Positions 7,352 through 14,259 of a DNA stretch of 14,259 nucleotides are shown one piece after another (the stretch's first letter is position 1; each line of letters starts with the position of its first letter). Location of the stretch: NCBI GenBank assembly GCA_048941285.1, contig JBHLNS010000069.1:1-14259 (forward strand), given 5' to 3'. The notes below the pieces were generated by a model, which was given only the letters and a program-made list of their open reading frames with translations, was not told where the DNA came from and did not search any database. This stretch comes from Promethearchaeota archaeon. Lineage in GTDB: Archaea; Asgardarchaeota; Lokiarchaeia; Sigyniarchaeales; SOKP01. The position numbers and the translations under genes were made by a program.

Positions 7352-7516
7352 ATCATTTCATCTTTCTATTATCTTATATTAGATGACATATATTTTCATT
7401 TAATAATATATTGATCTATTAAAATTAAATTAAAAAATTTGTTAAATAAATCAAAAAATACTGTATTATTAATAAAATAAAAAAAAAGTAAAAAATTAAC
7501 ATAAAGAATATCGATC

Positions 7517-8627
7517 ATGATAAATCCATTCTTTGAGAAACTAGCAGGATTAGCAGTAAATTATTCTCTCAAAGTAAAAAAAGGAGATAGGATATTTATA
7601 TTAGGTCCAACTATTGCCGAAGAACTTTTTCGAGCTCTATATGTAGAAATTATAAAAGCTGGTGGACATCCCCTCTTACTACCATTTATTGAAGGTCTAG
7701 AAGAATTATTCTTCAAATATGCTACTCAGGAACAATTAACATATGTAGACAGTGTAAGAAAACAAATCCATGAAGAATTTGATTGTATGATTGTTATTAT
7801 AGCAAAATATAATACGAAAAATCTAAGTCTTATTGATCCTCAATTAATTACTAGACGCTACGGATCACCAGAAATAAAAGAATTATGGGATATCTTTTAT
7901 AAAAGATCAGCACGAAGAGAAGCAAGATGGGTTGGAGTTCCCTTTCCCTGTAATTCTTTAGCCCAAGATGCAAATATGGATCTTTTTTCTTATGCTGATT
8001 TTATTATGAAATCTTTATTTTTGGATCAAGAAGATCCTATTTCAGAATGGCTAAAAGTGGAATCAGATCAAAAAAAAATATGTCAATTATTTAAGTAAAA
8101 TTGATAAAATACGGGTCTTAGGAGAAGATACAGATTTAATATTTTCTGTAAAAGGTAGAAAGTGGGACAACGGTTGTGGAAAAGAAAATTTACCAGATGG
8201 TGAAGTTTGTAGTTGTCCATTAGAAAATTCAGTAAATGGTCATATTAGGTTTACATATCCAGGAATATATATGGGAAACGAAATTGACAATATCTACTTA
8301 GAATTCAAAGATGGAAAAGTAATAAAAGCTTCCGCAGATATTGGTGATAATTTATTAAAGGAGATAATGAAAATTGAAAATGCTGATAGATTAGGAGAAT
8401 TTGCGATTGGAACAAATCGAGGTATTACTCAATTTACTAAAAACATACTCTTCGATGAAAAGATGGGCGGAACAATTCATCTTGCGCTTGGTGATGGATT
8501 TAAAGAATTAGGCTCTAAAAATGAAAGTGCCATTCATTGGGATATATTAAAAGATATGACAAAGCCAGGTTCGAAAATTATTGCGGATAATACTGTTATT
8601 TATGAAGAAGGAATTTGGAAAATTTAG
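7517..8627 (+). pseudogene. M29-family aminopeptidase (AmpS/AmpT/aminopeptidase II) interrupted by a +1 frameshift in an A9 tract (pseudogene or sequencing error)
   Basis: ORF 7517-8098 (EKLAGLAVNYSLKVKKGD...W...FP...AQDANM) continues in the next frame as YVNYLSKIDKIRVLGEDTDLIFSVKGRKWDNGCGKENLPDGEV and joins ORF 8271-8627 (LGEFAIGTN, LFDEKMGGTIHLALG, SAIHWDI). Removing one A from 8070-8078 gives a continuous 369-aa protein. Confidence 0.88.
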
Positions 8628-8636
8628 ATTTAGACG

Positions 8637-9452
8637 TTAAATTTCTATTCTATCGGGATGAGTATAGATATTTATCCGAGCTCCACGTGCAAATCCAATC
8701 AATGTGACTCCATAAGCAAAAGCTAATCGAATCCCGGACTCTATTGCTGCAGAAAGAGAAGCAACAATAGGAATTTTAGCTCTTATTGCTTTTAGAACTG
8801 AATCTCCTGTTAAACGCCCTGTTGAGGTTAGAAAAACATCATCAAAGCTAGTTTGTTTTAATAACATTTCCCCAATAACTTTATCAATGGCATTATGTCT
8901 ACCAATGTCTTCTTTTACACTTAATAAATTTCCCTTAAGATCAAAAATTGCTGCTCCATGACATCCTCCTGTTTCCCGATAAAGAGGAGTATTTATTTGC
9001 ATTAGTTTTATTGCAGAAAAAATAGTATTTGCTTTAATTCTTATATAATTTTTTGAGGCAAGTTTATCTTTAATATTAGATTTTTCTAAACTTTCTTTAA
9101 TAATATTACGCCATGGAGAAGGTATACCGCAAGTGGTATCAATTACACGACTAATCGGATTAATATCAATGTTTTCTAGGTTAAAATCAATTTGATCATC
9201 TAATTCTACGAAAATTGAATTCTCTAATTCATTTACTTCGATAATCTTAATATCCTCCATTGAATTAATTATCCCTATTGAAAATAGAAATCCAATACAG
9301 AGCTCTTTTAAGTCTTTAGCAAGGCAAATTATATTTGCTATTGGTTTAGAATTTACATATATATCAACAGGGGTCTCATATAAGATGATATCTTCTATAT
9401 TTTCTTTCTTTCCTTTAGATACTCGTAAAATCTTTACTTTTCTTTTGAACAA
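8637..9452 (-). CDS. fdhD: Formate dehydrogenase accessory sulfurtransferase FdhD
   Basis: ELCIGFLFSIGII, TTCG loop cysteine, TGGCHGAA, EDIGRHNAIDKVIG, STGRLT, GVTLIGFARG...IYTHPDRI. TTG start; exact start uncertain. Confidence 0.93.
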   Translation of the reverse strand: MFKRKVKILRVSKGKKENIEDIILYETPVDIYVNSKPIANIICLAKDLKELCIGFLFSIGIINSMEDIKIIEVNELENSIFVELDDQIDFNLENIDINPISRVIDTTCGIPSPWRNIIKESLEKSNIKDKLASKNYIRIKANTIFSAIKLMQINTPLYRETGGCHGAAIFDLKGNLLSVKEDIGRHNAIDKVIGEMLLKQTSFDDVFLTSTGRLTGDSVLKAIRAKIPIVASLSAAIESGIRLAFAYGVTLIGFARGARINIYTHPDRIEI

Positions 9453-9578
9453 GAATAACCAATCAAAATGATTTTTTAAATTATATTTATATGATTTGTA
9501 TATGCTATTTTTCTTAAATATAATGTGTTAAAAAAGAATTATATCCATGAAATATAGGTGATTGAAAATTCAATATAA

Positions 9579-10517
9579 TCAATTAATTTGGTATGTTCTT
9601 TGTGTTAAATTTGGCTTTATATAAAATCCAAATTTCTTATAGAGTTCTAAAGCTTTTTCATTTTTAGTATCAACACCTAATTTAATTGTTTTACATCCTT
9701 TTTTACGAAGGGTTTCAATACTAGTTGCGAGTAGAGCACTCCCAATTTTTCGGTGTTGATGACTCGGAAGAACACCAAAATTTGCAATTAATCCACTTTG
9801 ATCTTGTTCAGGATTTAGATAAATATCACATATTCCAATATATTTATCATCTTCAAATGCAACACAATGTTCAATAATATGATTTTTTTTAGCAGTTTCT
9901 GTCATTTTCTTCCATCGAATTTTAGTAATCGGTTTATACATAAAAGAATCTGCGAAAGCTTCATTTAATATATTAACAATTCCTGCAAAATCATCCATTT
10001 CTTTTAGAATCTTAATTCTGATATCTTCTGGAATCCTTGGGTGTGAACATAAGTCGAAGTTATCTAATCGCATTGACCAAGTGTAATTAACCGGACTAAA
10101 ACCTAAATTTTCTAATTTCTTGTCAAAGGGAGCTGATAGATCTCCCATTGTCTGAAATAAAAATTTTGAAATATTTAACTTGTTTTTAAGATCCAAAGTA
10201 GCATCAATTAATTCTCCAGGGAGTTCTGAATCAATATATTCTGGTTGTACTGCATAAACGGCGACATAAGCATCTTTGACCATTGGAAGATGTGATAAAC
10301 CAGTAAAAGCAATAACTTTCCCTTGATTATTTTCAAAAATTAAATAATCTCTTGAAAATACGGTTTCTTGCCCTAGATAAGTGCGAGCAAGTTCTTCAGT
10401 TATGTGTAATGTTGTTTCAGGATTTAAATATTTAACCATTTGGTTGTATAGATCTACGATTGAAGATAAGCCTATAGAATCATTATATTGTTTAACATTA
10501 AATAAATTCGCCTTCAT
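9579..10517 (-). CDS. Tandem GNAT-family N-acetyltransferase (MshD-like architecture, degenerate N-terminal domain)
   Basis: C-terminal domain has GVLPSHQHRKIGSALL (acetyl-CoA motif A) and LGVDTKNEKALELYKKFGF. N-terminal domain keeps AVQPEY and LENLGF but lacks the Gly-rich motif. ATG at 10517 preferred over the non-ATG start at 10550. Confidence 0.85.
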   Translation of the reverse strand: MKANLFNVKQYNDSIGLSSIVDLYNQMVKYLNPETTLHITEELARTYLGQETVFSRDYLIFENNQGKVIAFTGLSHLPMVKDAYVAVYAVQPEYIDSELPGELIDATLDLKNKLNISKFLFQTMGDLSAPFDKKLENLGFSPVNYTWSMRLDNFDLCSHPRIPEDIRIKILKEMDDFAGIVNILNEAFADSFMYKPITKIRWKKMTETAKKNHIIEHCVAFEDDKYIGICDIYLNPEQDQSGLIANFGVLPSHQHRKIGSALLATSIETLRKKGCKTIKLGVDTKNEKALELYKKFGFYIKPNLTQRTYQIN

Positions 10518-10608
10518 AAACTCTATGAAGTAAAATTTGATATTTAACAATTTCCATTTAAAATATAGGGATTTTATTAAAAATAATTAAGAAAAAATAT
10601 TTTTAAAT

Positions 10609-11241
10609 TTATATTCTATCAATCGTAAATCCACATTCACTGCAGAACTCAGCATTAAATGGTAGGGATGAGCCACAATTTGGACAAAAAATTTCTTGAA
10701 ACGGTACTGGTGGTCTAACTTCTAACTCTTCCCTTTCTTCGATTTTTTCGACCTCTTCGACTTCTTCTTCCTTAACTTTCGGTGATTTTACTCTTTTTAC
10801 AAAAGCTCGACCTATTATAGCTATAACTACCCCCAGAAAACCCAAACCGGAGCCATAGTTGAAGTTATTATAAAGATCATCCAGAATTTGGTCATATGGT
10901 GGGCCAATCACAATTCCAGTGAAATTTACTACTTGAGTAATTATCCAGATAATTAAAGCTATTGTACCGAAAGCTAACCCAATCCATATTATAAATTTCC
11001 CAAACTTTACTGCACCTAATGCAATCAATATTGCTCCAGCAATGACTGCTATTCCTCCTAGATCTGCAATCCACCTAAATATGACGTTAACTATCACGTT
11101 AAAAAAGGGTTCGAAATCAGGCCATTGAGCTGCGGCCATTTCATAAAGAGATTCAAATACTTTAATACTTCCAACTACAGAACCTAAGATCATGCATATT
11201 CCGCCGATAATTAATAAAATAATTCCTGTTTTATGCTTCAT
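10609..11241 (-). CDS. Membrane protein (about 4 TM) with acidic linker and C-terminal zinc ribbon
   Basis: Four Gly-rich hydrophobic segments, a KEEEVEEVEKIEEREELE linker and CPNCGSSLPFNAEFCSECG. ATG preceded by GAGGA. Confidence 0.82.
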   Translation of the reverse strand: MKHKTGIILLIIGGICMILGSVVGSIKVFESLYEMAAAQWPDFEPFFNVIVNVIFRWIADLGGIAVIAGAILIALGAVKFGKFIIWIGLAFGTIALIIWIITQVVNFTGIVIGPPYDQILDDLYNNFNYGSGLGFLGVVIAIIGRAFVKRVKSPKVKEEEVEEVEKIEEREELEVRPPVPFQEIFCPNCGSSLPFNAEFCSECGFTIDRI

Positions 11242-11380
11242 GAAATTTGTTCCTCATTTAAAATTATTTTTTAAAGTGATCTTAAATAATTATAACCTTT
11301 ATTTGTTTGTAATATTTTTTTAAATTTAAACAGTTATTTGTTTATTTTGTTTAATAAAAAAGTTATTCTCAGCCTAGTAT

Positions 11381-12232
11381 TTAAGCAGCAACATATAATC
11401 TGCCATTAGAACTATTTGAAATTTTACCAGTTTTTTTATCAATTTTAGAATGATTTTTTTCAACTGAATGATCTCCGCTAAATTCAACAAAATCCCCATT
11501 GATTTTATCTCCATTCATTAATTCAATTTCTTTTACTTGACCAAGTTTCTTATAAGAAGGGAGTATTCTTGATATTTTACCTTTCACAATAATAGTACCT
11601 CGTACCTGGTCTGCTCCAACACATCTATCACAATCACCTTCAACAATAATGGTTCCTCCATGACTATGGACACCTAGGAATGAACTAGCCGCACCACAAA
11701 TCAATGTAGGAAACCTCTTTCCTGGTTTTGAGCCATTTGCCCATGATAATGCCTCATTACCTATTTTACCTTTAACTTTTATTATTCCATTTTCCATACC
11801 CTTCCAAAATCCTCTATAGGCAGCTCCAACATAGTGTCCCGCATCTCCAGTTATTTCTAATTCTCCACCTTTTAACATAGCTCCTGCCCAGTCATCAGCA
11901 TTCCCATTTACTAGTATTTTTCCTCCAGACATATTATTGCCAACATGCATTCCTACATTACCATTTATCACAATTTCTCCACTACTCATTTTTTCTCCTA
12001 TTCTTTTAACATTTGAGAGATCTCCATCAATTATAATTTTAATTTCATTCACTTCCCCTGCACTGCCACTAACGTCAAAAAAGTCCCCTATAGTTTTTTC
12101 TTCGTTTCCATGATATACTGTTAACTTCTTTATGTCAGCAGCACTTTTTCCAGCAAATTTATCTGGAGTAATCGTGTCAGCTTCTAAGGGATATATAGGT
12201 TTTTTTTTTAGTTTTAATTTGATTTCCGCCAT
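11381..12232 (-). CDS. fwdC: Formylmethanofuran dehydrogenase subunit C
   Basis: PLEADTITPDKF, FFDVSG, GDLSNVKRIGEKMSSGEI, repeated GxxMxGGxI beta-helix units, VGAAYRG and GRLYV end. ATG at 12232 (after GGTGA) preferred over the GTG at 12244. Confidence 0.93.
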   Translation of the reverse strand: MAEIKLKLKKKPIYPLEADTITPDKFAGKSAADIKKLTVYHGNEEKTIGDFFDVSGSAGEVNEIKIIIDGDLSNVKRIGEKMSSGEIVINGNVGMHVGNNMSGGKILVNGNADDWAGAMLKGGELEITGDAGHYVGAAYRGFWKGMENGIIKVKGKIGNEALSWANGSKPGKRFPTLICGAASSFLGVHSHGGTIIVEGDCDRCVGADQVRGTIIVKGKISRILPSYKKLGQVKEIELMNGDKINGDFVEFSGDHSVEKNHSKIDKKTGKISNSSNGRLYVAA

Positions 12233-12236
12233 TTCA

Positions 12237-13565
12237 CTATTCACCTTTTTTTTTCTTTATTGCTTCTACTAATTTCTCTAGAATTAATTTGTCTGTTAAA
12301 CACTCACCAGGTGCTTCTTTAACTTTTCTTAACCTTAAAGGAACACTATCCATCCGATATGCTGTACCTTCACATTCTATTCCAGCTATTGCTGGCGGTA
12401 ATATTATATCTGAATTCACTGATGTTGGAGTATGATGAGGTTCAATTGTAATTAATGGATGCTTGAACATATTTTTCACTGCCGCAGCAGGGAAATTACT
12501 CGCGGGATCTGAGGCTACGATTAAAGAAGCATCAATTTCATCTCTAAGTAGAACATCTACCGAGGAGAATTCACCTGGATTATAACGAGGATAACCTTTA
12601 GAAAAATCTATAGAATAAGAATAGCCAGTTTGCCATGAAAACACTTGATTTGCTCCAGCAACATTGTAATGCCCCCTCATAGGCGTTAGTAGAAATTTTG
12701 TATGATCATTTAGTTCACGAACTAAGCAGATAGCAGCATCGATATTTCTATGATGAGATAAGGTTTGTGTTAGTCCCATTCCAAAAAAGATTACTCCAAA
12801 CTTACATGACTTTAATGCATTGACTAATTCTATAATTTTATTTTTTGGTACCCCTGAGATTATGTCTCCATCCAATTCAACACCTCTTAATGTTGCTCTA
12901 ATGGCATTTAATAATTCATAATCTTCGCTGGGGTTTATTTGGATATGCATATCAGCTAATTGAGCGGTATTTGTATTTCTAGGATCAACTACCACAATAA
13001 ATCTATCGTTTGTACCATCTTTTCTAAAATAACCGCGTACAAAATCGCTATATCTACCCAAGTGTCTTGGGTGAGCATGAACTGGATTACTCCCCCAAAA
13101 TACTACGAGATCTGCTCTATTTTTATATTCACCTAAGGTTGAAGTAGGTGCTCCTACATCTTGAATTGCTAATAATGATGGACCATGGCATACCGAAGCG
13201 GTATTATCTAAAATACCTCCTAACATTTCTGCTAATTCTACACCTTTACCTTGAGCATCACATTCAGTACTAGAAAATCCATAAAGCAAGGGTCTTTTAG
13301 CTTTAATTAAAATATCCGCTGCTTTATCAATAGCTTCATCCCATGATACCTCTTTAAAAGAATTATTATCTTTAATTAATGGTTTATCATAGCGGTGTTC
13401 GCTAGGATTTGAGGAAAAATATTTCTTCGTTCCAATTTGACATCCATTACGTACTTCTATAACCCTTTGTTCTTTTGTATCAACATCTACCTCAAGGTCA
13501 TCACATAAAGTCCCACAGAAGGGACAAATAACATCTCTAACTGTTTTAACATTCTTAGCAGCCAT
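12237..13565 (-). CDS. fwdB: Formylmethanofuran dehydrogenase subunit B (Mo/W-bisPGD catalytic subunit, Cys form)
   Basis: CPFCGTLCDD...GC [4Fe-4S] motif, DNTASVCHGPS (metal-ligating Cys, codon TGC), KNRADLVVFWGSNPVHAHPRH, PMRGHYNV, GYPRYNPGE, GTAYRMDSVP. Confidence 0.95.
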   Translation of the reverse strand: MAAKNVKTVRDVICPFCGTLCDDLEVDVDTKEQRVIEVRNGCQIGTKKYFSSNPSEHRYDKPLIKDNNSFKEVSWDEAIDKAADILIKAKRPLLYGFSSTECDAQGKGVELAEMLGGILDNTASVCHGPSLLAIQDVGAPTSTLGEYKNRADLVVFWGSNPVHAHPRHLGRYSDFVRGYFRKDGTNDRFIVVVDPRNTNTAQLADMHIQINPSEDYELLNAIRATLRGVELDGDIISGVPKNKIIELVNALKSCKFGVIFFGMGLTQTLSHHRNIDAAICLVRELNDHTKFLLTPMRGHYNVAGANQVFSWQTGYSYSIDFSKGYPRYNPGEFSSVDVLLRDEIDASLIVASDPASNFPAAAVKNMFKHPLITIEPHHTPTSVNSDIILPPAIAGIECEGTAYRMDSVPLRLRKVKEAPGECLTDKLILEKLVEAIKKKKGE

Positions 13566-13567
13566 AT

Positions 13568-13963
13568 TTATGCTTCCCTCAATAATTTTATTAGTTTTAC
13601 AGCGTCCAATACTTTCCCATTTGGTGCTACTTCTACTCTTGCTTTCATCCCTTTATAAGTAGGAGTGCCACATGATTGGGAATCAGGATTTACTACTTGA
13701 TTTGCCCAGGGACCCATTGGTATAAAAATAATACCAGGGTGAGGGCCTTCTTCCGAAATTGTTGAATAGACAACAACTTCACCATGATCGGTAATTACTT
13801 TAACTGGTGTCCCTACAAGGCAGTCTAATTTCTTAAAATCTTCCTTATCAAATGCACAAATTCCAGCAGCCCTAACATTTTCCTTTGTATTCTTTCCACC
13901 TTCTAGAGCAACACCTTGATTAATTGTACGACAAGTTATTAAAATTAGATTATTAATACTCAT
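13568..13963 (-). CDS. fwdD: Formylmethanofuran dehydrogenase subunit D
   Basis: ILITCRTINQG, GIIFIPMGPWAN, GTPTYKG (FwdD/molybdopterin dinucleotide-binding domain). ATG at 13963 follows GAGGAG, 4 nt after the upstream stop. Confidence 0.92.
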   Translation of the reverse strand: MSINNLILITCRTINQGVALEGGKNTKENVRAAGICAFDKEDFKKLDCLVGTPVKVITDHGEVVVYSTISEEGPHPGIIFIPMGPWANQVVNPDSQSCGTPTYKGMKARVEVAPNGKVLDAVKLIKLLREA

Positions 13964-13977
13964 TTCCTTACTCCTCT
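13964..13977 (-). promoter_or_regulatory. Shine-Dalgarno-like site for fwdD overlapping the upstream stop codon (translational coupling)
   Basis: Minus strand GAGGAGTAAGGAA-ATG. Similar purine-rich sites precede fwdB (GAGGGA) and fwdC (AAGGTGA). Confidence 0.6.
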
Positions 13978-14258
13978 TTCTTTTCACTCCACCTTAATGT
14001 TTTTATTCTCTCTATAAGTGGTTCCCAGAACATCTTGCTAAATTCTCCTGAAGTCTTAATCTCTGTGATTTTTAATTTCACAGCTCCCGTTGGACAAGCA
14101 TTGTCGCATGACCCACAAAAAATGCACTTTTCTTTATCTACAACGACATTTGGGACTGTTTCCCATCCCTTATCTGATTTTTCTGGAATTGTGATTGCAC
14201 CACTAGGACAAACATCAGCGCAGGCTTGACAACCCCCCGCACATTCAGAATCTACAAT
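13968..14258 (-). CDS. fwdF: Polyferredoxin C-terminus, probably FwdF (or FwdG-like); 5'-truncated by window edge and missing from the ORF track
   Basis: Manual translation: IVDSECAGGCQACADVCPSGAI...VVVDKEKCIFCGSCDNACPTGAVKLKI...WEPLIERIKTLRWSEKKEE*. Two [4Fe-4S] motifs, stop TAA at 13970-13968, directly upstream of fwdD. Confidence 0.8.
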   Translation of the reverse strand: MVDSECAGGCQACADVCPSGAITIPEKSDKGWETVPNVVVDKEKCIFCGSCDNACPTGAVKLKITEIKTSGEFSKMFWEPLIERIKTLRWSEKKEE

Positions 14259-14259
14259 G

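Noticed and set aside
7358-7389. TCATCT/AGATGA inverted repeat and a 6-codon upstream ORF before hdrB, considered as a SECIS-like or attenuator element
   Set aside because: Only a 6-bp stem in very AT-rich DNA, located 5' of a gene with no in-frame UGA, so not supportable.
8271-8627. Independent 118-aa gene
   Set aside because: It is the C-terminal part of the frameshifted aminopeptidase. The frame is open and homologous upstream of this Met back to ~8079.
9579-9581. The only TGA stop among the accepted genes, considered as selenocysteine read-through
   Set aside because: It falls at the natural end of the GNAT domain and another TGA follows after two sense codons.
10892-11074. 60-aa Cys/Trp-rich minus-strand ORF
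   Set aside because: Alternative frame inside the 210-aa membrane protein gene.
13188-13190. Possible selenocysteine at the FwdB active site (FwuB-type)
   Set aside because: The codon is TGC (Cys) and the frame is uninterrupted.
14035-14229. 64-aa + strand ORF
   Set aside because: Antisense shadow of the polyferredoxin gene.
1-14259. CRISPR arrays, tRNA/rRNA genes, IS elements, inteins
   Set aside because: Intergenic gaps are all under ~230 nt and AT-rich, with no regular repeats, GC-rich structured RNA, transposase motifs or intein signatures visible by eye.

Overview
AT-rich (roughly 30% GC by eye), gene-dense archaeal chromosomal segment. Gene content and style point to an anaerobic archaeon, most plausibly Asgard/Lokiarchaeia (inference). 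In order: 3' part of a class II (B12-dependent) ribonucleotide reductase; three uncharacterised genes (a Tubby/LURP-one/scramblase-like protein, an internally duplicated membrane protein, a LITAF-like zinc-ribbon membrane protein); archaeal MtaB tRNA methylthiotransferase; a ~100-bp frameshifted relic resembling a haloalkane dehalogenase N-terminus; AlaX editing protein; an orphan hdrB; an M29 aminopeptidase split by one extra A in an A9 tract; fdhD; a tandem GNAT; a membrane zinc-ribbon protein; and the distal end of a formylmethanofuran dehydrogenase operon (fwdF-like, fwdD, fwdB, fwdC) with no fwdA in the visible part. No RNA genes, CRISPR arrays or mobile elements were recognised.
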